From Candidatus Falkowbacteria bacterium GW2011_GWF2_43_32 (GTDB lineage: Bacteria > Patescibacteriota > Patescibacteriia > Patescibacteriales > UBA12465): 64,000 nt of DNA. Below the pieces are notes generated by a model. That model had not been told where the DNA came from. It made no database searches and saw nothing but the letters and a program-made list of their open reading frames with translations. Below are positions 24,413-32,517 of the stretch, piece by piece (position 1 is the first letter of the stretch; each line of letters begins with the position of its first letter). A program made the translations under genes and the position numbers. The DNA is taken from NCBI GenBank assembly GCA_000999715.1, contig LCGL01000001.1, positions 323,139 to 387,138 of the forward strand. The letters are read 5' to 3'.

Positions 24413-26845
24413 ATGTATATTTCTCTCAATTGGCTTAAAGATTTCGTTAAAATACCGGCTAAAATCAATCCGGCGGTGTTGGCGGAAAAATTAACCGGGC
24501 ATACGGTTGAAGTCGAGGGTTTTGTGAATTCCGGAGAGCAGTTCGATCGAGTCGTGGTCGGAAAAGTTTTGGAAGTCGCCAAACATCCCAATGCCGATCG
24601 TTTGCGATTGACCGTCGTGGATGTGAAAAAAACTAAATTGAATATTGTTTGCGGCGCACCCAATGTCGCGCCCGGTCAACTGGTGGCGGTGGCTTTGGTG
24701 GGCGCCATTTTGCCCAATGGTTTGGAAATAAAGGCGGCGGAAATTCGCGGCGAGAAATCGGCCGGCATGATTTGTGCCGAAGATGAATTGGGTTTGGGAA
24801 AAGATCATGAGGGCATTATGGTTTTGAATGGCGACGCCAAAATCGGAGAGCCGTTCGCCAAATACTTGAAAGCCGAAGACATCGTTTTGGAAATAGACAA
24901 TAAGTCATTGTCCAATCGTCCCGACCTGTTGAATCACTACGGCTTGGCGCGCGAGGTGGCCGCTATTTTTAGTTTGCCGCTTAAGCCCTATGATAAATTT
25001 TTTCAGAAAAAATGGAATTTTGCGGAGGCCAAAGAAAACACTCTGGAAGTTAAAGTTAAGGAGCCCGAACTTTGTGCGCGTTATCAAGCGCTTAAAGTGG
25101 AAAATATCGAAGTCAAAGAATCGCCGGCCTGGCTCAAAGAAAGACTGGTGGCCATCAATCAGCGGCCGATTAATAATATTGTGGATTTGACCAACTATGT
25201 CATGTTTGACTGTGGTCAACCGATGCATGCGTTTGACGCCGCCAAAGTGACAAAAATAGTTGTCAGACGGGCCGAGGATAATGAGGTTTTGGAAACATTG
25301 GACGAAAAAGAACGGGTTCTAGACAATCAAGATTTATTGATTACCGACGGCAAGGAAGCGATCGCGATTGCCGGGGTCATGGGGGGACGTCATAGCGAAA
25401 TCGGCCCGGACACTACTGCTTTGATTTTGGAGTCGGCTAATTTTCTGGGTTCGTCGGTGCGTCGTACCGCGCAAAAGTTCGGTTTGCGCACTGAAGCATC
25501 GGTGCGTTTTGAAAAATCTTTGGCACCGAATTTAACCGAATTTGCTTTATGGCGGTTTTTGACTCTGCTTAAAGAAATTTGTCCGAAGATGAAAATTGCC
25601 AGCGCTTTGGCGGACATCAATAATGCGGCCGACAAAGAAACGAAGATCGTTTTAGATTTAAATTGGTTGACCGTCAAAATCGGGCAAGAAATTTCTCGTT
25701 CCGAGGTGGCGGATATTTTAAAAAGATTGGGCTTTATTTTAGCCGATGAAGACGGGGACATTCTGACGGTGACGGTTCCCGCTTGGCGAGCGATCAAGGA
25801 CGTCACGACGCGAGAAGATTTGGCCGAGGAGATTCTGCGATTATTCGGCTACAATAATGTCGTTTCACGTTTGCCGATTTTAGAAATGCGCTTGCCGGAG
25901 ACCAATCAAGAAAGAGTTTTAGAGAGGAAGATTAAATCTTTGTTGGCCGGCAAACACGCTTTGAATGAAGTTTATAATTATTCCTTCGTGGGAGAGGAAC
26001 AATTGAAGAAATTAGACATTGATTTTTCCAATCATTTGAAATTGGCCAATCCGTTGACGGATTTACAAACGATGTTGCGCCAATCGCTGGTTCCGGGCTT
26101 GATTAATAATATCAAAACCAACCAGTCTCGGCCCGGCGACTTGGGGTTTTTCGAAATCGGCAGTATTTTTTGGCCCGCTCCGGGTAATTTCAAGAAAGAA
26201 ATAGCCGGTGATGAAACTTTGCCTTATCAGGAAAAGCATTTAGGAGTTGCCATGGCCGGAGAAGACGGCAATGCGCTCGGTCGCGTGAAAGCCGTCGTTA
26301 ACAATATGTTGCAGAATTTGCTGGGCTATGAAGAAGAGGCGGAATTTTCATTATTAGAAAATATCCCCGGTTGGGCGAATAAAAAAGCGGCTGTCAGCAT
26401 CAAAATTTATGAAAAAGAAATCGGTTTTGCGGCCATCATCAGCCCGGAAACGACGGAAAAAGTTAATTTGAAAAAAGAAGCGGCCATAGCGGAATTGAAT
26501 TTTACTTTTTTGGTTCAGCTTGTTCTCGGTCGCTCATCTTTCGATTTTCGAGAGCCGGCCAAGTACCCGCCGATTATTCGCGATCTCGCCTTTGTAGTAA
26601 ATCAAAAAATATTGTATAATGATTTAAGGAGTGAATTTTTAAAATTTAATCCTTTAATCAAGAAAGTAGAATTGTTTGACGTTTATAGCGGCAGTAAATT
26701 GCCGGACGGACAGAAGAGCTTGGCTTTTCACTTGGTTTATCAAGACGATTCTCGGACTTTGACGGCGCCGGAAGTCAATAAAATTCAGGAAGAATTAATG
26801 GTGCATCTGGCGAAGAAATTTGAAGCTAAATTGAGAGATTTTTAA
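24413..26845 (+). CDS. pheT: phenylalanyl-tRNA synthetase beta subunit
   Basis: 810 aa with an N-terminal tRNA-binding domain (KHPNADRL..C.VD), B3/4 and B5 domains and an anticodon-binding C-terminus. Confidence 0.95.
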   Translation: MYISLNWLKDFVKIPAKINPAVLAEKLTGHTVEVEGFVNSGEQFDRVVVGKVLEVAKHPNADRLRLTVVDVKKTKLNIVCGAPNVAPGQLVAVALVGAILPNGLEIKAAEIRGEKSAGMICAEDELGLGKDHEGIMVLNGDAKIGEPFAKYLKAEDIVLEIDNKSLSNRPDLLNHYGLAREVAAIFSLPLKPYDKFFQKKWNFAEAKENTLEVKVKEPELCARYQALKVENIEVKESPAWLKERLVAINQRPINNIVDLTNYVMFDCGQPMHAFDAAKVTKIVVRRAEDNEVLETLDEKERVLDNQDLLITDGKEAIAIAGVMGGRHSEIGPDTTALILESANFLGSSVRRTAQKFGLRTEASVRFEKSLAPNLTEFALWRFLTLLKEICPKMKIASALADINNAADKETKIVLDLNWLTVKIGQEISRSEVADILKRLGFILADEDGDILTVTVPAWRAIKDVTTREDLAEEILRLFGYNNVVSRLPILEMRLPETNQERVLERKIKSLLAGKHALNEVYNYSFVGEEQLKKLDIDFSNHLKLANPLTDLQTMLRQSLVPGLINNIKTNQSRPGDLGFFEIGSIFWPAPGNFKKEIAGDETLPYQEKHLGVAMAGEDGNALGRVKAVVNNMLQNLLGYEEEAEFSLLENIPGWANKKAAVSIKIYEKEIGFAAIISPETTEKVNLKKEAAIAELNFTFLVQLVLGRSSFDFREPAKYPPIIRDLAFVVNQKILYNDLRSEFLKFNPLIKKVELFDVYSGSKLPDGQKSLAFHLVYQDDSRTLTAPEVNKIQEELMVHLAKKFEAKLRDF

Positions 26846-26861
26846 ATTTAAATAAAATATT

Positions 26862-27167
26862 ATGTTTGCCACTTCTTATGATGTTTTAAACTTAGTGCTA
26901 TCGATATGTGCCATCGCTCTGGCTTTCTTTCTTTGCTGGGCGCTCTATTATTTCATCGCCAGCGTGCAAAAAATTCATCGTTTGGTGAAGCGAGTGGAGG
27001 CCGGTGTCGATAAGGCGGAAGAAATCGTGGACACGGTTAAAGATAAAATAAAAAATAGCTCGGCTTACGTGATGATTTTGAGCGAGCTGGCCAGAAAAGC
27101 GATAGAATTTATTCAAACGAAGCGAGCGGGGGCGCAGAAAAAAAAGAAAACAGGAAAAAAGAAATAA
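26862..27167 (+). CDS. hypothetical small membrane protein with a Lys-rich tail
   Basis: 101 aa with one N-terminal TM segment. A strong terminator follows. Confidence 0.4.
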   Translation: MFATSYDVLNLVLSICAIALAFFLCWALYYFIASVQKIHRLVKRVEAGVDKAEEIVDTVKDKIKNSSAYVMILSELARKAIEFIQTKRAGAQKKKKTGKKK

Positions 27168-27209
27168 GATTATATTTACAGTTTGCTAAAAAAGGCGCCT
27201 ATTGATAGG

Positions 27210-27253
27210 GCGCCTTTTTTGTGAGAGAGATGATTGATCTTCTTTTTATTTAT
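27210..27253. repeat. left copy of the 44-bp direct repeat bracketing the sortase/surface-protein block
   Basis: gcgccttttttgtgagagagatgattgatcttctttttatttat compared with 31709-31752 gives 40/44 identity by hand alignment. Confidence 0.8.
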
Positions 27254-27927
27254 TCTTTATCCGCAAACACAATCAGTCGTCGAGGAAAAGTTCCGGAGAG
27301 CTTATCATAAGCGCCGTCGCAAGTAATCAAATTGAGATGAGCTTGTCCGTCGGTTGAGAAAAAAATCTCCGAGGCCTCCGCCTGGGCCTTATATTTTTGT
27401 ATTTTACGTACTATAAAGGCAACTCTTTCTCCCTCAGCGGTTTCTACATATATTTTATCCCCCTTTTTCAGTTTGTTCAGATTGTCAAAGACCGATCCTT
27501 GTCCGTTTTTCCAACGACCGTAGTGTCCGGCGATAACCGCGCTTCCTTCGTCTCCCGGAAGCGTGCCCAAATTATACCAGGCGGCGTTGGCGGGATTTTT
27601 AGGAATGTCCATGGCGCCTTTCGGAGTTAAGCCGACCGATTCCAATAAGGCGTTAACTTGGATTTTCGGAATTATCAAGCGCACCGGAAGGCCGGAATCG
27701 GTCGTCGTGCCCGGGGCTATCAAAGGAACAATCTCAACAGATTTTTTATCAAGCTGTCGGTCGACCAATCTCAAGGCCGGTTGTTTATCGGTTGAGAAAG
27801 TTGTTTTTAGATTGGCTCCCTGAGCGGGCAGATTGAAAGACAAAAACAAAACAATAGTTAAAGAGAGGGTGGTTATTGTCAGGCCGGGGATTAAAAGAGA
27901 GTGTTTTAATAATTTTTTCAATAACAT
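27250..27927 (-). CDS. sortase-family transpeptidase
   Basis: It has an N-terminal TM anchor, an active-site-type LITCDG (TLxTC) motif and a conserved His in the AGH context. I prefer the ATG at 27927. Confidence 0.8.
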   Translation of the reverse strand: MLLKKLLKHSLLIPGLTITTLSLTIVLFLSFNLPAQGANLKTTFSTDKQPALRLVDRQLDKKSVEIVPLIAPGTTTDSGLPVRLIIPKIQVNALLESVGLTPKGAMDIPKNPANAAWYNLGTLPGDEGSAVIAGHYGRWKNGQGSVFDNLNKLKKGDKIYVETAEGERVAFIVRKIQKYKAQAEASEIFFSTDGQAHLNLITCDGAYDKLSGTFPRRLIVFADKE

Positions 27928-28008
27928 AAATTTTGCGCATCTTTCAGTCAAGATGAAATAAGAAGTCGGAATAAATTCAGAGCCCCGTGTTGGCGGGGCT
28001 CTGGAAGG

Positions 28009-28149
28009 CTATTTGCCTCTGATGATTCGTATTAGAAATAGGATAATCGCCAGAGCTAACAGAAAATGAATAAATCCGCCGAGTATCGGAAAAACGATGA
28101 ATCCCAACAACCACAACACAACGAGCACGCCGCCGATAATATAAAGCAT
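28009..28149 (-). CDS. lmo0937-family small membrane protein (46 aa)
   Basis: Codon-by-codon translation: MLYIIGGVLVVLWLLGFIVFPILGGFIHFLLALAIILFLIRIIRGK*. The pattern VLWLLGF...GG.IH.LL..AI.LF...I.RG is typical of this family. Confidence 0.65.
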   Translation of the reverse strand: MLYIIGGVLVVLWLLGFIVFPILGGFIHFLLALAIILFLIRIIRGK

Positions 28150-28167
28150 AAAGTTGGTGTTAAGGGG

Positions 28168-29967
28168 TTAATTATTTAATTGATTTTTTCTCAGAACGGC
28201 GGTTAAGGCGACGGAGGATAAGACTAAAAATCCGGTGGCAATAATAATGCTCCACAGCAAGGTTCCTCCGGCGGATGTTCCCGTGTTAGGTAAAGACGGC
28301 ACGACTGAGGCGACGACTACGGTGGCGAGAGCAAAATCTCTGACGGTCAGGCCGTTAGCTTCACCGACTGCCACAGCGGTATTGGTCGTAGTTTTAACGA
28401 GCTTGGTTGAGCAGGTATATGTCCAAGTTTCGGTAGTGTCTAATTTGGCGTCATTATTCGTATCGCCGGAAATGTATTTCATCGGACTGCATTTGTCATC
28501 CGTGAGGCGAACATTGCTTAAGGCCACCGCACCCGGATTGGTGATTTTTTCCGTATAAGTGACCATGCCTCCTCCGGCCGGCAAGGTTAAGGGGCTGGGA
28601 GATTTTGTGACATGGATTAATGGCGGGATGATCGGTAAACCGACCACCACCCTCGCGCTGGCAATATCCGTGGCGCTGATGCCGTTGGCCCAGCCGGTAG
28701 CGACAATCGTATTGGTATGCGTTTCCGAAAGAATTGTAGAGCAAGTATAAACCCAGGTTTCGTTGAGATCAAGCTTAGCGTCGCCGTTTGTATCGCCGGT
28801 CGCTAAATTTATCGGACTGCAGGTGTCGCCGACCATCGTGATATCGGTTACCGGAACCGTGCCGATGTTGCGAAGTGTGTAAGTATAAGTAACCGCGCCC
28901 GGGCCGTTCGGTAAAGACAAGGGGCTAGGCACTTTAACGACATCAATTATCGGCGGTACCGGAGGGATGGCCGTGGGAGCGCCGATATCATCATTGGTAA
29001 TGATGCAGAATTTAGCCTCATCCGGATTAAGGGTCACAATGCCGTTGCTGTCGCAATCGCCGGAAAACGTTTGAGTATATTGAGGGTCGGTAGTTTCGGT
29101 TACGGTATAATCATAAGTGACGATATTGGAGGTGCCGAAACGGTTAGTAATGCCGGAAGCGATGAAACCGCCGTTAATAAATAGCGGAAAATCGGCGACA
29201 GTTTTAGTTCCGCCGTTGTCATTAATTACTGTTTTAACGACATTGATTGTTCCATATTTGGTGGTGCCTCCGCTCGTGCTCGCGACGGCACAAATCGGTT
29301 CGGTGATTTGGTTTCTGATTAAAGTCACCTGAGCGTTGCGCGATAAGGCCCGACCTTCAAGAGTGGCACTGTCTCCGAATGAAATAAGGGCCGTGTTGGT
29401 AATAATCGTACCGACCAGTTCTGCTCCGGCACCGATAGTCATGGCTGTCGGCACTTGCCAAAAGACATTGCAAGCATCGGCTCCGTTGATCATGACGACT
29501 TCAGCGCCCGGGTCGACGGTGATGCTTGAGTCGCTGCGGAAAATATAAACACCGGCGCCGTCAAGAGTTACTGTGCCGTTTAACAAGGCCGCTCCGACGG
29601 TATAGACTCCCGGCGTGACCGTAACTACTCCGGATAAATTTTGTACTCCGTCAGCCGCTTGAGCGTTTAACGCGCCATAAGCCGTTAAAATTGCCGCTTC
29701 TACGCCGGCTCCGGCATCTATTACTCCGTCTACTTGGGTCGCGTCGTCAAGGTTAGTGACATTAACGGCATCGGCACCGACATTTCCCCAAATGTGAGTC
29801 GTGACCGAAAGATCATTGGTCACTCCCGTTTTACCGAAGACCGCATAAGTGGCCGCCGCGCCCAGATCCGGAGCTACTCCGGCCGCAGAAACGGAAATTG
29901 TTCCGAGCGGACTGAGTACGAACGTTATGGCTAAAAGGATTGTTGAAAAACCTTTAAATAGCTTCAT
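28168..29967 (-). CDS. LPXTG-anchored surface protein (DUF3494/ice-binding-like beta-solenoid N-domain plus two tandem roughly 110-aa repeat domains)
   Basis: A signal peptide starts at the ATG at 29967 (MKLFKGFSTILLAITFVLS). The C-terminus has LPNTG, a hydrophobic stretch and an RK tail. GDTN.DAKLD..ETW.YTCST occurs twice. The N-terminal region resembles DUF3494. Confidence 0.75.
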   Translation of the reverse strand: MKLFKGFSTILLAITFVLSPLGTISVSAAGVAPDLGAAATYAVFGKTGVTNDLSVTTHIWGNVGADAVNVTNLDDATQVDGVIDAGAGVEAAILTAYGALNAQAADGVQNLSGVVTVTPGVYTVGAALLNGTVTLDGAGVYIFRSDSSITVDPGAEVVMINGADACNVFWQVPTAMTIGAGAELVGTIITNTALISFGDSATLEGRALSRNAQVTLIRNQITEPICAVASTSGGTTKYGTINVVKTVINDNGGTKTVADFPLFINGGFIASGITNRFGTSNIVTYDYTVTETTDPQYTQTFSGDCDSNGIVTLNPDEAKFCIITNDDIGAPTAIPPVPPIIDVVKVPSPLSLPNGPGAVTYTYTLRNIGTVPVTDITMVGDTCSPINLATGDTNGDAKLDLNETWVYTCSTILSETHTNTIVATGWANGISATDIASARVVVGLPIIPPLIHVTKSPSPLTLPAGGGMVTYTEKITNPGAVALSNVRLTDDKCSPMKYISGDTNNDAKLDTTETWTYTCSTKLVKTTTNTAVAVGEANGLTVRDFALATVVVASVVPSLPNTGTSAGGTLLWSIIIATGFLVLSSVALTAVLRKNQLNN

Positions 29968-30209
29968 AAATTTATAATTATTTGTTAAATTATTTTTTAA
30001 GACCAACACTATATGTTATTTTTAATTTAGCTTATATAGTATATCACACTCTGGACAACTTAACAATTTTTTAGTAATTTTTTTTATTTTTAGTCAAATT
30101 TTGGGCGAGATTACAAAAAGCTAAAAAAATGTTATAATTAAATTAGAAGAAAAATAGGAAATAATAAAGAATAGCGGTTAATTGATTTATTGCATTTTTA
30201 TTTTTTTAT

Positions 30210-31628
30210 ATGAAAAGAAAAATAATTTTTGGTCTTCTATTTAGAAGAATGGCCGATAATAAATCGAATTTAAATAATAAACGGGGCTTAAATTTAGGAA
30301 TTTGTATTTTAACATTTACGGTCCTTTTTTCTTGGCCTTTAGTCGCGCTTAAAGCGGGAGGAGAAATAGAATTGATAACCCAACCAATATTGTCTAAAGT
30401 CGAAACAACGGAAACGGAGTCGGAATCGGAGGTTGAAATAATTAGTTTACAGGAACAGATAGTAATGGCCTTAGCTTCGTTTACTAAGACTTTACAAATA
30501 GGGGCGACGGGTGACGAAGTTCGGCAGTTGCAAACAATTTTAAAAATTTATCCGGAAATTTATCCGGAAGGAGTGGTGACCGGTTATTATGGTCCACTTA
30601 CCGAAATGGCTGTACGACGTTTTCAAATTAAAGAAGAAATAGAGGTTGCCGGGGTTGTCGGTCCGTTGACTAGAGATAAATTAAATGGATTAATAGCTAA
30701 GGAAACGACCGGGACAGTCGGTCCGACCGGGGCCACCGGCGAAACAGGCGCGACTGGTGCGGTTGGGACTACCGGAGCGGTTGGCGAAACTGGCGCGACC
30801 GGAGCTATCGGCGAAACCGGAACAACGGGTGCAATTGGCGAAACAGGAGCGCGAGGCAGGTCCGGTTCTTCCGGCTCAACCGGGGCCACCGGTGAAACAG
30901 GAGCGACCGGTTCCGTTGGAGCGACCGGGACAGAAGGTGCAGCCGGTGCTGTCGGCGACGCTGGGGCAGAAGGTGCGGCTGGCGTTGCTGGCGTTGCTGG
31001 CGACACTGGGGCAGAAGGTGCGGCTGGCGCTGTCGGAGCAGCTGGAGCAGAAGGTGCGATTGGTGCAACCGGTATTGAGGGCGCCGCCGGTGAAGCTGGC
31101 GTTGCTGGCCCGGCTGGGGCAATCGGCGAAACCGGGGCCACCGGCGAAACAGGCGCGACTGGAGCGACTGGAGTTATTTTGTCCGCTCAATATGTTCAGC
31201 TGGGAGCACAGCCGGCAACAGTGGGCGCCGGTCAACCATTTACTTATACTACCGAGGTCTTATCCACGCCGGGCATTACTTTTGAAACCGCGGTATTTAA
31301 TCCGCCGTTTATTACGAGCGGCACAATTTTTACTTTAGCCAATGTCGGACGGTATGAAATAAATTATCAAATGACCTACCCGACGGACGGTGGCATTGTC
31401 TTATATTTTGGCTCGACCATTCCGACAATGTTGCCGCTTCCTTATACGATGATCGGGAAAACCACAGACGGATCGGTTAGCGGTAGAATAATCATTCAAA
31501 CCACGACGCCAAATTCATTTTTAAGCGTTAATGCCGCGGCCGGAAACGCGGCGGCAATTGATATACCGGCGAATACCAGCACCACCAATCAAAGCGCGAC
31601 CACAATATCGTTTAAGCAGATTCAATAA
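30210..31628 (+). CDS. collagen-like (Gly-X-Thr/Ala triplet repeat) protein with a PG_binding_1-like domain and a C-terminal globular domain
   Basis: 472 aa. It has an N-terminal TM/signal segment, a peptidoglycan-binding-like stretch ([11 protein letters not shown]...[15 protein letters not shown]), about 150 aa of uninterrupted G-x-y triplets (nt 30711-31172), and then a roughly 150-aa non-repetitive C-terminal domain. Confidence 0.75.
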   Translation: MKRKIIFGLLFRRMADNKSNLNNKRGLNLGICILTFTVLFSWPLVALKAGGEIELITQPILSKVETTETESESEVEIISLQEQIVMALASFTKTLQIGATGDEVRQLQTILKIYPEIYPEGVVTGYYGPLTEMAVRRFQIKEEIEVAGVVGPLTRDKLNGLIAKETTGTVGPTGATGETGATGAVGTTGAVGETGATGAIGETGTTGAIGETGARGRSGSSGSTGATGETGATGSVGATGTEGAAGAVGDAGAEGAAGVAGVAGDTGAEGAAGAVGAAGAEGAIGATGIEGAAGEAGVAGPAGAIGETGATGETGATGATGVILSAQYVQLGAQPATVGAGQPFTYTTEVLSTPGITFETAVFNPPFITSGTIFTLANVGRYEINYQMTYPTDGGIVLYFGSTIPTMLPLPYTMIGKTTDGSVSGRIIIQTTTPNSFLSVNAAAGNAAAIDIPANTSTTNQSATTISFKQIQ

Positions 31629-31708
31629 AGAGGGTGGTTTTACGCCAGGTTCTTCATTAAGCTATCAAAAATATTTAACACCAATAAAAAAAGACGCTGT
31701 TTAATCAA

Positions 31709-31752
31709 GCGCCTTTTTTGTGAGAGATATGATTGATATTCTGTTTATTTTT
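31709..31752. repeat. right copy of the 44-bp direct repeat bracketing the sortase/surface-protein block
   Basis: gcgccttttttgtgagagatatgattgatattctgtttattttt. See the left copy at 27210-27253. Confidence 0.8.
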
Positions 31753-31936
31753 AGTCAATATTAGTTAATTTGCCCGGGCTTGACTGCAAGTTATTTTTGT
31801 GATTTAATTGAAAGTCGATTGGTGTGGCCCTTTAACAACAATGAATTAATCAATGATTTGATTATCGGTTAAAGCTTTAATAATTAGAGTTTTGTCCGAT
31901 AATCAGATCTAGTATTAATTTAAAATAGAAAATGTC

Positions 31937-32470
31937 ATGAAAAAAGTGTATTTATCGTTACTTGTTGCGGTCGTTATTATTGCCGGTCTTTATATTTATA
32001 AAAAATCAACCAGTATTTTGGAACTCGTTTCTGTCGGCCAAGAGCTGACAATAGAAATTCCGCGAGATCGATTGTTTCTTGCCGAAGCCGACAGGATGTT
32101 CAAACATATTGATCCTCGATTGCTGGCGATGGAAAAAAATAAAATTAACCATTCAAACTGCCAAATCACGTTTGACGTTTACGACGCCGACTGTAAAGTC
32201 GGACAAAATTTAGCCGATATTTTTGCCGCTCTTCCTCAGACGAATCGGGAAACGTTAACCTGGGAAGAGGTCAAGATTTTTTGCGTTAAACATTACGCCT
32301 CCTTGGCTCAAGGAGGAAGAGTTAATTTATTTTTAGTGGAAAGCAGCGAACAACAATCAAAAGTTTTTGTCTATGTTGACCCGGACGGATTTTATGTTCT
32401 TTTCCAGTTGTTTGAATATGACGATTTTTGGATCGGTGAAAGTTCCTGGCGCCTGATCGTGCCTCGTTAA
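31937..32470 (+). CDS. hypothetical protein with an N-terminal TM/signal segment
   Basis: 177-aa ORF with a TTGACT-17-TTTAAT promoter near 31778. I recognised no family. Confidence 0.4.
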   Translation: MKKVYLSLLVAVVIIAGLYIYKKSTSILELVSVGQELTIEIPRDRLFLAEADRMFKHIDPRLLAMEKNKINHSNCQITFDVYDADCKVGQNLADIFAALPQTNRETLTWEEVKIFCVKHYASLAQGGRVNLFLVESSEQQSKVFVYVDPDGFYVLFQLFEYDDFWIGESSWRLIVPR

Positions 32471-32517
32471 ATCACTCCACCCTCGGATTAAAGCAAACGC
32501 TTTTAAATCCGGGGGTT

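Noticed and set aside
30623-31338. Long ORFs 30623..31141(-), 30757..31338(+), 30805..31122(-) and 30876..31235(-)
   Set aside because: All of these are alternative frames or strands of the Gly-X-Y triplet repeat of the collagen-like gene. Their low-complexity P/A- or R/Q-rich products are artefacts of the repeat.
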